64,000 bases of DNA from positions 71,427 to 135,426 of the IMG/VR virus record IMGVR_UViG_3300035698_029829; one strand, 5' to 3'. Shown here piece by piece: positions 18,501 through 27,702 of the stretch; the first letter of the stretch is position 1, and each line of letters begins with the position of its first letter. A model generated the notes under the pieces. That model was not told the origin of the DNA. It worked only from the letters and a program-made list of their open reading frames with translations, and did no database searches. A program made the translations under genes and the position numbers. The stretch comes from a virus. Taxonomy: Duplodnaviria; Heunggongvirae; Uroviricota; Caudoviricetes.

Positions 18501-19511
18501 TTACTGAGCTACGTCGGCCGAAGTGGTGAGTTGGAAGCCCTGCGACTGGAAGAAGTCGAAACGGGCTTTGGCGATGGCCGGGAAATCAATCATGCCACCC
18601 TGTCCATCCGGAATCGGCGACACCGGCGAGGTGCAGTCGGTCAGGATGCGAACCTTGGACAGCGCATCCGGCGAGTTCGCGGCGAACTCCTCGTACAGCT
18701 GCTCCAACGTCTCCAACACGCAATGGCTGGACGCTTCTCCGGCGATCCATATTTCGTCGTAATCGGAGAGGACCTTGAGGAACCCCTGGTTCAGACCGTG
18801 AGCGGTCGGGAACTGGGAGTCCGGAACCAGGACCTCGGGCTTAAGAATGCCGTACATTTCGGTACGCGGCTCGTTACCCTTCCGCAGGATGTTCACCTGG
18901 GAACGGCGCGCGGCGCTGTGGAAGATGATCGCCTCGGCGACGATGGGTACCATCGCGGAACCCGCGCTGATTTCCAAGCAGTGCTCCGGCCAGATGGCCA
19001 ACAACTTCTTGCTGGTTTCCGCGAGCTTCGCCGGATAATCGGCCAACCACTGGGGGTCGAACAGCGGGCTCACTTTACCCGATTTGATGTCTTCATCGGT
19101 GATGACGCGCCAAGGCGTCACCGGGCCACCGGTCGCATTGTCTTTCCAACACAGGCGGTGGAAAATCTGGTAAAGGTAATGGGTGTCCAACGACGCGAAA
19201 ACGCGGGTGATCTGATCACCATACTTGTAGATCAGCTCGGCGACGCGCTGCATGTCGCCAACCGCGCCAGGCACGGACAGTGATCCCGGGAACTCGGCGT
19301 CTGCCGGGAATACGAAGTCGCACTGCGGGTCGATCATCAACAGAGCAACTTGCTTGCCCTTCTTCTTATCGCGGGCGGAAGGCTCCCAGGTCGACTGAAG
19401 GGCGGCGGCGATGATGGTGTCCTCGTTCGGGCGGAACATTTTGCCCGCCCGGTCGGGATCGCTGGCCATCGCGTCTCGGAAAAACTGCGGAAACGGATTC
19501 GGTTTACTCAT
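18501..19511 (-). CDS. isochorismatase/nicotinamidase-family cysteine hydrolase
   Basis: 'ALLMIDPQCDF' (cf. 'LLVIDMQNDF'), 'ASLDTH', conserved Cys region 'GEASSHCV'. Confidence 0.55.
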   Translation of the reverse strand: MSKPNPFPQFFRDAMASDPDRAGKMFRPNEDTIIAAALQSTWEPSARDKKKGKQVALLMIDPQCDFVFPADAEFPGSLSVPGAVGDMQRVAELIYKYGDQITRVFASLDTHYLYQIFHRLCWKDNATGGPVTPWRVITDEDIKSGKVSPLFDPQWLADYPAKLAETSKKLLAIWPEHCLEISAGSAMVPIVAEAIIFHSAARRSQVNILRKGNEPRTEMYGILKPEVLVPDSQFPTAHGLNQGFLKVLSDYDEIWIAGEASSHCVLETLEQLYEEFAANSPDALSKVRILTDCTSPVSPIPDGQGGMIDFPAIAKARFDFFQSQGFQLTTSADVAQ

Positions 19512-19528
19512 CTGAAACTCCTCTTGGC

Positions 19529-21442
19529 TTACTGCCTCTTGTTGGCGACCATACGAAGATGGCCGATTTTCTTCTCGCCAACCACCAATATCCCATCGGC
19601 GTGCGGAACCAAGCGATCTCGCGCATCGATGAAGACATCCGTGGCTGGGAACTCCTTAACCGTCATTCGATCTATTTCTAAAACGATGCCCCGGTCGGTC
19701 GGATGAAGCACCGACTGTCCCATGAGCACTCGTCCATGAACGTCTCTCAAGTTATCCGAGCGATTGGCGTCCTCCTCGTAGGAACGAACGCGCGTCCCAT
19801 CCACACTGCTTAGTACGTCAAGGTAAGAATGTTCTGAGCCATCGGCGTGAATTGCACGGCGCATAACGAGAAGTGTCCCTCGCTCATCGTCGAATCTCAC
19901 CGAGGCACTCACCAGCCTCGCCTTGGCCTGTATGGTGGTCACAGCCAAGTCGAACCTGCCTTTTTTCGACCGCAGGAACCAGCGCGTATCGTTGAAGAAA
20001 CGAATGAACCCTGCAACGGTGCCCTTGGAACTCACTTGCAGCCATGTCTGATTCTCGGCTGCCGCTACCGTCTGATATTCGTTCAAACGATCTTTCAACA
20101 GATCATCCTCTTTGGAGACGAGTACCTGGAGCCCGATCATCCGATAAACGCTGTCGCTCGACGTAGCGAAGACCGGACGCCCATTGAAAGTGCCTGTCTT
20201 CAGCCGCCGCAACTCGCGTACGCGGTCACCGTCGGTCGCGAAGATGGCAATTTCCTCGTCCTTCCCCACCACCAATAGATTACGGGTAACCGCAAAGCTA
20301 AAACCGTGGATGTGTTGATCATACACGTGCGTCTTCTTAATGACGCGCCCGTTGCGCCAGCGGTACAACTCGATACCGCTCGCCTCGTGAACGATCCAAG
20401 CGTATTCGTTCGAACCAAGCGTCTGGCAGTAAAGAATCTCGCCCTGGGTCTGGAACCACTGCGTGTACTCCACGTTGCCCACTCCGATGACCTTGTCGGT
20501 CGGCTTAACCCCCGGCAGTTGCACCATAGTAACAACCTCGGCACAGGCCGGGCAGGTGGGTCGGGTGCTGGAAAACACTGCTCCGCACTTGGGGCAGTTT
20601 CGGAGGCCCGCCAGTTGTTGCTCTAGGAACGCCAGCGAGATCGGCGGTCGCTCCCCCTTCGCGAAGTAGCGGTGGAAGACGTGGAGCAGATCATCCCCCA
20701 TAATCTGCGGAGAATTCGCCCACCTGGGCAACCGCACGTCGGGATGAAATACGTCCATCTTCTCGCGCACCCGGCTCGGCACGTCCCGCAGATTCATGTG
20801 GTTACCCCCGTAAGGGTGAACCAGGAACAATGATTTGAACAAGATAACGGCAAAGGCATACAGGTCGCTTTCAACCGAGAAGTACGTGCTACCATCGTTG
20901 AAAGCCTTGTCATAGAGATCCGGGTCCAAGAAGCTCTCCATCGCTACAATACAAGGGAAGCCCGGTATTTGAAAGGAATCCACGTCGAACCAGGCAGTCT
21001 CCCTTTTCTTGTTGAACTGGATGCCCAAATCATTGAGATCGCCGACCACCACCCCCAGCTTATGAATCGCATCGAGGGTCTTCTTGGCGTGCACTCCGAC
21101 TTTGAGCGCATCGCGGACGGTGATACCATTCTTCCTCCGAAAGTCGCGGTTACCGAGGGCATACACTTCCTCACCGCCTTTGGCGGCAGCCATGACGAAC
21201 CCAACGATCTTCCCTGAGCGCGGGTTACACGCCTTGGCAAGCGGGGCGAGGACATTGGCGGGCCAACCGAAGCCTCCTCGTAAGAACGCTTCGATCTTCT
21301 GAGCGCGTCGTGCTTCCGGCTGATGATAGACCTTGACCACCTGGTTGGGATCGGATAGCCGAGCCACGAAACCCTCGCCTCCCGAGCCGAGCACGTCGCG
21401 TTGCTTAATTGCTACGGTATTACCCTGGATAACAACCTTCAA
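19529..21442 (-). CDS. eukaryotic-like Ser/Thr protein kinase with zinc ribbon and C-terminal repeat region
   Basis: Gly-loop 'LGSGGEGFV', 'VVKVY', catalytic 'VVGDLNDLG', then 'CPKCGAVFSSTRPTCPAC'. Confidence 0.6.
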   Translation of the reverse strand: MKVVIQGNTVAIKQRDVLGSGGEGFVARLSDPNQVVKVYHQPEARRAQKIEAFLRGGFGWPANVLAPLAKACNPRSGKIVGFVMAAAKGGEEVYALGNRDFRRKNGITVRDALKVGVHAKKTLDAIHKLGVVVGDLNDLGIQFNKKRETAWFDVDSFQIPGFPCIVAMESFLDPDLYDKAFNDGSTYFSVESDLYAFAVILFKSLFLVHPYGGNHMNLRDVPSRVREKMDVFHPDVRLPRWANSPQIMGDDLLHVFHRYFAKGERPPISLAFLEQQLAGLRNCPKCGAVFSSTRPTCPACAEVVTMVQLPGVKPTDKVIGVGNVEYTQWFQTQGEILYCQTLGSNEYAWIVHEASGIELYRWRNGRVIKKTHVYDQHIHGFSFAVTRNLLVVGKDEEIAIFATDGDRVRELRRLKTGTFNGRPVFATSSDSVYRMIGLQVLVSKEDDLLKDRLNEYQTVAAAENQTWLQVSSKGTVAGFIRFFNDTRWFLRSKKGRFDLAVTTIQAKARLVSASVRFDDERGTLLVMRRAIHADGSEHSYLDVLSSVDGTRVRSYEEDANRSDNLRDVHGRVLMGQSVLHPTDRGIVLEIDRMTVKEFPATDVFIDARDRLVPHADGILVVGEKKIGHLRMVANKRQ

Positions 21443-21864
21443 GGTTGATCCCTCCTCGGAAGTTCAGGCCGTTCCCCCTTCATTTCCCAATGACAAGAAC
21501 AGGTGCCATCACAGACACACATATCGGCACGCCAATCATCACACGCGCACTGCGGATCGCGTTCAACCCACTCTTTTTGGCTAATCTGTAAGCGGTCATC
21601 GAAGTCATGGATTGCCCACCTGGCTACACAACGGTATCCATCTGCCTTCATTTCCTCCCACTTCGCATATTCCTGCGCCCAAGGAGTATCAGGATAAACG
21701 TACCGAACCGCCGCTAGCATAGCCTCAAGCGAAATAATGCCCGTCACAGGCAACACCTTCCCGTCGGGGTCGTGAATATGCCAAAGCGGCCCCAGAGGAA
21801 GTGGCCATACACCGCCCTCGGCATTGCGTTTACTCAACAGAGACATTGTCACCCTCCTCCTCAC
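21439..21864 (-). CDS. hypothetical Cys-rich protein
   Basis: 141-aa ORF, 'CACDDWRADMCVCDGTCSCH'. Confidence 0.4.
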   Translation of the reverse strand: MRRRVTMSLLSKRNAEGGVWPLPLGPLWHIHDPDGKVLPVTGIISLEAMLAAVRYVYPDTPWAQEYAKWEEMKADGYRCVARWAIHDFDDRLQISQKEWVERDPQCACDDWRADMCVCDGTCSCHWEMKGERPELPRRDQP

Positions 21865-22726
21865 TACCGATCTGTATCAGTTCCATCAGCAGTATGGTGG
21901 CGTCGTCGTCGACCGCCCATTTGGGGCGTTGTCTCCCACCGGGCGCAGAGTAAGGATGACCGCAGTTCAAGCGACGCTGTAACCCCTTCTCACCCTCGAA
22001 GCTGAATAATTCCTCAACGCGGCCCTCCTGAAAGAAGCGAGCCGCGCCATCGGTCGCCAGCAGAAGTCGGTTGGCACCCACATAATAGTGCACTTCCGGA
22101 ATGGTGATAACGGATCGCTGGCCTTTGGTAAGCCACGAACTCGGCACCCAATGATAAGCCGGATAGTGAGGCATGTTGTCTTGGTCCACGATATGAAGGT
22201 CGATCACCGGCGGCGCACCAGGCACCTCCGCATAGAGGATGCCGTCGCCACAACTGCCAAGCCATGCCTGGTCATCCACAGTAACCGCGAACAGCACGGT
22301 AGACAACAGATAATGGCTGAGGAAGGAAAGTTGGTCGCCCCGGTGGCAGTTGATCCCGAGATCAAACCCCACGCAGCGCATGGTGTCAGCCACAAAGAGC
22401 TTGGTACGCTCAATGATGAAGTCACTCAGTTCACCGGCAAACCGGCACTCCGCGTAATCGTCACGCCGTAACAGGTTGTGAAATTTCTTGGAAACCAGGG
22501 CGAACAGATCGTTAACCAACCGTAACGCAAGCATCGACGCCCCCACCTCCGAGTGACCACCCGAACCACAACCATCGGTAACAACCGCCACGGTAAGGTG
22601 CTTCAGAGCGCCACCCGCGTCCCGCCTTAGTGCTGTTCGCGTGCAAACGCCGTCCTGAAGGTTGAGGTTTTGCTTGGCGTGAAAGGTGCCTTGAATCGAA
22701 GCCGTTGTGTTGGTGTACTTCTTCAT
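21830..22726 (-). CDS. PP2C-family Ser/Thr phosphatase
   Basis: 'VAVVTDGCGSGGHSEVGAS' (cf. PP2C 'VfDGHGG'), 'LLLATDG'. ATG (MKKYTN) at 22726 immediately after the promoter. Confidence 0.55.
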   Translation of the reverse strand: MKKYTNTTASIQGTFHAKQNLNLQDGVCTRTALRRDAGGALKHLTVAVVTDGCGSGGHSEVGASMLALRLVNDLFALVSKKFHNLLRRDDYAECRFAGELSDFIIERTKLFVADTMRCVGFDLGINCHRGDQLSFLSHYLLSTVLFAVTVDDQAWLGSCGDGILYAEVPGAPPVIDLHIVDQDNMPHYPAYHWVPSSWLTKGQRSVITIPEVHYYVGANRLLLATDGAARFFQEGRVEELFSFEGEKGLQRRLNCGHPYSAPGGRQRPKWAVDDDATILLMELIQIGSEEEGDNVSVE

Positions 22727-22733
22727 AGGCGCA

Positions 22734-22769
22734 GTTCTACCAAAAGCTAGAAGGTTTGTCAAGAGTTTT
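22734..22769 (-). promoter_or_regulatory. conserved sigma70-like promoter (short leader)
   Basis: TTGACAAACCTTCTAGCTTTTGGTAGAAC then ATG 7 nt downstream. Confidence 0.55.
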
Positions 22770-22781
22770 TATGTGATTTTT

Positions 22782-23159
22782 TCAGGCGGGGTCTAGGAGT
22801 GCCATCGTCTGGTGTTGCTCAGCCAACGCAAGGATGTCCAGGTACCGCTCCTCTCCTACTCCTACAGGCACGATGAGCGTAGTATCACCTCGTTCCGCGA
22901 GCACCTCGTCGAGGTCCCCCAGACCGCCCGTCACCACCACAGCAAAAGCCGCACCGGCGGCCTCTTGGAAGAAATGGTACACCGTCTGCTCGGCCTCGGG
23001 CGACAGGAAGGGCGTCAGCTTAGGCGAACCCTCCGGCGCGCCCTCTATATCAGTCGCAACCAGGTAGTCTAGCAGATCGAGGGGAAGCACGTCCCGAGAG
23101 AACCGCCTGAATTCCTCGAACGAAGCGGCCACGAAAACGCGATTCCTCGCACTCGGCAC
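22782..23159 (-). CDS. hypothetical protein (probable TTG start after AGGAGG)
   Basis: Listed ORF overlaps the upstream gene by 200 nt; AGGAGG-N7-TTG at ~23159 gives a non-overlapping start. Confidence 0.35.
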   Translation of the reverse strand: MPSARNRVFVAASFEEFRRFSRDVLPLDLLDYLVATDIEGAPEGSPKLTPFLSPEAEQTVYHFFQEAAGAAFAVVVTGGLGDLDEVLAERGDTTLIVPVGVGEERYLDILALAEQHQTMALLDPA

Positions 23160-23176
23160 CCAAAAGACCACTGCGC

Positions 23177-23662
23177 TCAACGTACCTCCTCCCCCGGCGC
23201 GTAGAGCTGCCACACGCCATCCGACCGCACCAGCAGACGCGGCTTCCCGCGTGCCTTTCGCAGAGTATCCAGTGTCCCCCGCGAAAGCCCATCCCAGAAT
23301 GCTATCAGCACGTCGCAGTTCTCGACTATGGTGGAATTTCGCTTGAATCCGGCGCTTCGGCCGTGTTTTTTCCAATCAGGGTGGTAAATGCAAGCCTTGT
23401 AGCCACGTGCCTGCGCCCATTTTTCACCCAGAGAATCCGCCCCCGCTGCACCACCAGATACGACCGCACCAACCTTCAGGCGGGAAGCCAACGCATCCAA
23501 AACGTCGAACGTCGTCTTCTCATTGGTCCACCCACGGCTACCGACTACTGCGAGTCGAACCTCAACGGGTTCCATCATTAACCGTCGAAGGAGCGTTCCC
23601 CACCAAACCAACTTTCCATTGACCAAGCGAACCAGCATCCCCGAAAAAGTTGATAAAGCCAT
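23177..23662 (-). CDS. SLOG/DprA-like Rossmann-fold protein (GGAxGxD motif)
   Basis: 'VVSGGAAGADSLGEKWA...CDVLIAFWDG'. Confidence 0.45.
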   Translation of the reverse strand: MALSTFSGMLVRLVNGKLVWWGTLLRRLMMEPVEVRLAVVGSRGWTNEKTTFDVLDALASRLKVGAVVSGGAAGADSLGEKWAQARGYKACIYHPDWKKHGRSAGFKRNSTIVENCDVLIAFWDGLSRGTLDTLRKARGKPRLLVRSDGVWQLYAPGEEVR

Positions 23663-24071
23663 ACATCTGACTGACCAACCGCTTACCTATCTTCACACGG
23701 TTCCCAGCATTCCCCTCCACCGTATTGATCCACTTGCCGTCCTCGCTCACCGCAAGCACGTAACCGGTATGACCAGTGCCCTTTAACTGTCCGGCGGAGT
23801 TGGTGTAGAGCATCATGAACTGATCGCCGGGAACCGGATTGCTCATCTTAGTAAAACCAAGTTTCACAGCCTGCTTCCACGCCTGATAGCAGGAAGCAAA
23901 CTTCGCATTAAGGGGATAACCGTTGAACGCCTGATTTGCCACCCAGGAAGTGAAGAGGCAGCACCAGGCCCATCCAGGCTCGCCGCCGTACTTGATGACC
24001 CCATCGCCCCAGTTAGAGCCGTTGGGCTCCTCGTGCACGCCGAATTGATGCTCAAACAGAGCAACCTTCAA
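23562..24071 (-). CDS. CHAP-domain peptidoglycan amidase/peptidase (endolysin catalytic part)
   Basis: Cys block 'GEPGWAWCCLFTSW' and His block 'GHTGYVLAV'. The frame has no ATG before the catalytic Cys (TTG only) and overlaps the stop of the upstream PG-binding ORF. Confidence 0.6.
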   Translation of the reverse strand: MKVALFEHQFGVHEEPNGSNWGDGVIKYGGEPGWAWCCLFTSWVANQAFNGYPLNAKFASCYQAWKQAVKLGFTKMSNPVPGDQFMMLYTNSAGQLKGTGHTGYVLAVSEDGKWINTVEGNAGNRVKIGKRLVSQMYGFINFFGDAGSLGQWKVGLVGNAPSTVNDGTR

Positions 24072-24382
24072 CAGGGGACGTTCCGGCTCTCGCCGATGTC
24101 ATCGGGGATATACAGGTCGAAGTAATTGCGTTGCGACACACCCGAATGATTGTAGAGCGCCCACCAAGTGTTCTTCCCCACCCAACCGTCAATTTCCAAC
24201 GACTCGCCGTCCTCACCGATGTGGGTCATTTGAAAATAACCCACGGCATCCTCAGTAACCTCGTCGTACAGCCCGTTAACGACGAGCTGGCCAAAGCCGT
24301 ACCCTTGTTGGATCAGAATGTGTTGGAGTTCTTCCACCGACTCGCCGGTGGAACCCAGTCTCAAAACCGGTTTGTTGTTCAT
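24068..24382 (-). CDS. peptidoglycan-binding domain protein (endolysin N-terminal part)
   Basis: 'LRLGSTGESVEELQHILIQQGY...DGWVGKNTWWAL' PG_binding_1-like. Confidence 0.55.
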   Translation of the reverse strand: MNNKPVLRLGSTGESVEELQHILIQQGYGFGQLVVNGLYDEVTEDAVGYFQMTHIGEDGESLEIDGWVGKNTWWALYNHSGVSQRNYFDLYIPDDIGESRNVPC

Positions 24383-24690
24383 GCTGCGCCTCCCTTTTGA
24401 CCCAGCCGCTCGACACCCAGGTCGATGAGTTTAACCATCTGCGGCATCATAGCGATGCGTCTTTTTTTGGATTCCATATTCCACCACCACAGAAACTCGT
24501 CGTGATCCTCGACCGTCTCAAGTTTTTTCACCGCTTCCTCTAATGTACTAAACCGCTTCCCGCAACCCAAGCACTTACGTCTACGCTTGGTGCCCACCTC
24601 GTCCCCACCGACGCTTTTCGGACGACTGTCTATTACCCTACTGCCCACCCTACGTTTGCAGTAGGGGCATATAAGCTGATTTTCACCCAC
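24379..24690 (-). CDS. NrdR-like zinc-ribbon protein lacking ATP-cone
   Basis: 'CPYCKRRVGSRVIDSRP...RRRKCLGCGKRFSTLEE' closely parallels the NrdR N-terminus. Only 103 aa, so no ATP cone. Confidence 0.5.
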   Translation of the reverse strand: MGENQLICPYCKRRVGSRVIDSRPKSVGGDEVGTKRRRKCLGCGKRFSTLEEAVKKLETVEDHDEFLWWWNMESKKRRIAMMPQMVKLIDLGVERLGQKGGAA

Positions 24691-24721
24691 AACTTTTTCC
24701 TCTCATTCGTTTTACCGAAAC

Positions 24722-24955
24722 TCAGGCAAATCCCAACCTCTCCAACCACTGATCCACAGCAGCGCGCTTATCGCTGATATAATCAGCCATCGATTCGGTG
24801 ATGTGTTCCTCCTCCTCTATCCACTCGATCATAGAGGTCAACTTCTCGTCGAGCTTGGTCACGAATTCCTCGGCCTTATCCGGCAACAACGGCAGATCGT
24901 TCAGAACACCCTGAGCGAGATCCCGATACTCTTCCCAATCCAGCTTGCTACTCAT
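24722..24955 (-). CDS. hypothetical acidic protein
   Basis: Non-overlapping start at Met 'MSSKLDWEEY'. Confidence 0.35.
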   Translation of the reverse strand: MSSKLDWEEYRDLAQGVLNDLPLLPDKAEEFVTKLDEKLTSMIEWIEEEEHITESMADYISDKRAAVDQWLERLGFA

Positions 24956-24956
24956 T

Positions 24957-25193
24957 TTATATCTCGATGAAGATGATCTCGCCATCGCCTTCGGACGGCT
25001 TCCCCCCGGGCTCGGGCAGATCCTCGCCGCGCGCACGGGCGTCGCTCACCACCAACGCAACAGCTTCCTGGGCTGTTTTCTTCGTCTCTTCAACCGTACG
25101 CCCACGCACGTGCAAGAAATCGAGACCCAAGATAAACGCCTTAAATCCCTCTCCATCTTTTCGTATGACGGTGAAATACCCGTTCTCGCTCAT
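24957..25193 (-). CDS. HicB-like antitoxin-fold protein
   Basis: 'YFTVIRKDGEGFKAFILGLDFLHVRGRTVEETKKTAQEAVALVV' resembles HicB/UPF0150. Confidence 0.4.
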   Translation of the reverse strand: MSENGYFTVIRKDGEGFKAFILGLDFLHVRGRTVEETKKTAQEAVALVVSDARARGEDLPEPGGKPSEGDGEIIFIEI

Positions 25194-25204
25194 GGCCACA
25201 CCTC

Positions 25205-25690
25205 TCAATCGTCAATCTTGTCGAAAGTTACGCGTACCTTTACGTCGGTCATACGACCATCGGTTAAGGCACGGTGGATGTCAAGCAGCATCATCTCTTG
25301 AAACTCCGACCACCCGGGCAGATTCTTATCGGTGGTGTCGTGTTCCAGAGTCAAGTCGGCCACAAAAAAGTCTCCCGCATTAAGACGCTCCGCAAGCGTC
25401 AGTGTCTTTCCCCACCGACGTATTTGACCAAGCGCCAATTCCACTACTACGCGATCAACGCCGGTCCGCAAAACAGCCTGGTCAATCTCCTCGTCGGTCA
25501 AGGTGGTAAGGCGGTCTTTCAACTCTCCTACCATGTCAGGGTTTACCCCTTCACCGAGCCGTCCTACCGCTCGAAGACTCCCCAGAGAAGTATTCACCAA
25601 AAATGCCACAAGGGCGTCGACGAAGGACACCCCTTGACGATTGAGCACCTGTCTTAATTTATCATCGAGTTTCAAGCGCACACCTCCCAT
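25205..25690 (-). CDS. hypothetical protein
   Basis: 161-aa ORF. Confidence 0.45.
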   Translation of the reverse strand: MGGVRLKLDDKLRQVLNRQGVSFVDALVAFLVNTSLGSLRAVGRLGEGVNPDMVGELKDRLTTLTDEEIDQAVLRTGVDRVVVELALGQIRRWGKTLTLAERLNAGDFFVADLTLEHDTTDKNLPGWSEFQEMMLLDIHRALTDGRMTDVKVRVTFDKIDD

Positions 25691-25734
25691 GTGATAACTT
25701 CTACCACACCTATCTTACCTGGGAGGAGGGAAGT

Positions 25735-27702
25735 CTAGTCGATTTTTTTAATGTGTTGAGGAGCAGGGAGGCCCTTTTCGGGGTCGTCGTCATAGTCCTG
25801 ACCCCGCTTAAAGGCAGCCAAAATCATACGGAGAGCCTTCGCTTCGTCAATTTTGAGAGTGCGTCCGACCTTTGTCTTCAATTTCCACCAACGGACGAGC
25901 CGACGACAGCGACACACCTCCTCGGCGTTTGTCAGATCACGCGAATCAAAACCCGCCTGCTGCAACACAAGATCCACGAAGGGTTTCTCGTGCTTCTCCT
26001 CAACTTCGCGTACCCTTTTCCACCGGCGCAGCATCAGGAACGAACTAGCGTAGTGCTCACGCTGCGACCGGTCGTTCACGAGATGATCAAGGTAGCGTAC
26101 CGAGATCGCATCGATGGGGATAACCTCATCACGGAATGCCCAAAAGCGCACCCGCGTCTTCCGATCATGGGGATCGTAAACTTTGTCGCCCCACCTACCC
26201 TCCGACTCCCACACCGTCTCGTCCGGCAGATACAGAAAATTGAGGTCGCCACGATCTCCAAAATAGCGCTCGTCATCCGGATCATGCACCTGGTCCACGA
26301 CATAAACCTCGCTACGTTTGGGCCACGTGCTCAACCGCTGGATGTTAGTACGGCGGTAGAGTTTGTCCTCCGAATCGCCATGCTCCGGCCCGACGTAAAA
26401 CACCCGCGCCCCCACCCTCACCTGATCCTGAAGCCATTTCATATACTCATACCACGACATGACGGTGGTATCGGCTACAAGGGCGGGTTCGTCGTCGCGG
26501 ATCAGTCGCAGGTATTTTTCGGCGTGTTCAGGATCAAACACGCTAATCTTCGCTTCCGGAGGCAGCGGTTGAAACAATGTAGAACGATCAAGCATCCCTT
26601 GAAGAGCGACGAGGCCCCGCAGGTATCCCTCCATCTCCTTCTTAGCATCTTCTTCTCGGAAGAAATGATCCTCCTTACGCTTTGCGAAATCAAACTCATT
26701 CCTACGCGGGAAAAAGCGTGGCCAAATAACCGTGTCGATCCAAAGCCGATAGACATTCTCACCATTACGAATAAGGAGATAGGTCATTTTATCGGCTGCA
26801 TCTTCGCTCACTTCCTGCCAAAGCCCGATAATATCCTTGCCTTCGCTCTTCCGGGTATGACGGCGAACACGAAGAGCCACGATGCCTTTGCGTTCGGGAA
26901 GCACCTGATCAAGGTGACTTGGATCAGCCGTGAGCCACCCATCGAAGTCCTTAATATTTTGGTAGTTAAACCCCTTGCGCCCGGCATCGAGGAATTCAGG
27001 CCGATGGTTCCACGCCCACACGGCGATCTCCTCATCCATGCAAAGGGCGCGTTGTCGCACGCCAATCAATTCATCAACGGGAGCGGCCGCACCCTTTGCA
27101 AGCTGCACCACTTCTTCCTGACTACCGAGATACAGCTCGATCATCCAAATTTTTTTAAGCCGCTCGTCGATCTCAGCCTTCATGACAGATACCTGCTCCG
27201 TAAGCTCCCGCTTCTGCCGTTCCAAAGTCATCATTTGTGCTTCGAGCGCTAATACACGCCCGGTTACCTCGCGCCGGTCGGCAGAGCGCAGCCCATGGAG
27301 GGACGGCGGCAATCGCGATGGCTCGATGGCCGTCTCAGACGCGGAGGTTTCCAACGCTTCAATAGCAGTAAGAGGCAACAAAGAGCGCGGGTCCATGGTA
27401 ACGGCGTCGCTCTCAACGGGGATGGTAGCTACCACCTTCCCCTTAACATACACCTCAAGAGTCGCCCCAGGCTTCGTGCCAACGATGTCCTCGGTGCGAT
27501 AGTAATGTTTCGGATCGACACCCTCACGATACACGTGCCACTTCTTGTCAGCATGGCGAAAGGGGAAAAGACAACCAACCCGGAAGCGCAGAATTGCCTT
27601 GGCCAACGAAGTAGCCTCGGTCTTCCAACCGTAGGAATACGTGTTACCACCCTCAGTCCCGAAGTAGTACGTGGTTAGCTTGCCGTCGTAAGGTCCCTTC
27701 AT
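25735..27702 (-). CDS. hypothetical large protein (655 aa)
   Basis: Long uninterrupted ORF with coiled-coil segment; no motif recognised. Confidence 0.55.
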   Translation of the reverse strand: MKGPYDGKLTTYYFGTEGGNTYSYGWKTEATSLAKAILRFRVGCLFPFRHADKKWHVYREGVDPKHYYRTEDIVGTKPGATLEVYVKGKVVATIPVESDAVTMDPRSLLPLTAIEALETSASETAIEPSRLPPSLHGLRSADRREVTGRVLALEAQMMTLERQKRELTEQVSVMKAEIDERLKKIWMIELYLGSQEEVVQLAKGAAAPVDELIGVRQRALCMDEEIAVWAWNHRPEFLDAGRKGFNYQNIKDFDGWLTADPSHLDQVLPERKGIVALRVRRHTRKSEGKDIIGLWQEVSEDAADKMTYLLIRNGENVYRLWIDTVIWPRFFPRRNEFDFAKRKEDHFFREEDAKKEMEGYLRGLVALQGMLDRSTLFQPLPPEAKISVFDPEHAEKYLRLIRDDEPALVADTTVMSWYEYMKWLQDQVRVGARVFYVGPEHGDSEDKLYRRTNIQRLSTWPKRSEVYVVDQVHDPDDERYFGDRGDLNFLYLPDETVWESEGRWGDKVYDPHDRKTRVRFWAFRDEVIPIDAISVRYLDHLVNDRSQREHYASSFLMLRRWKRVREVEEKHEKPFVDLVLQQAGFDSRDLTNAEEVCRCRRLVRWWKLKTKVGRTLKIDEAKALRMILAAFKRGQDYDDDPEKGLPAPQHIKKID

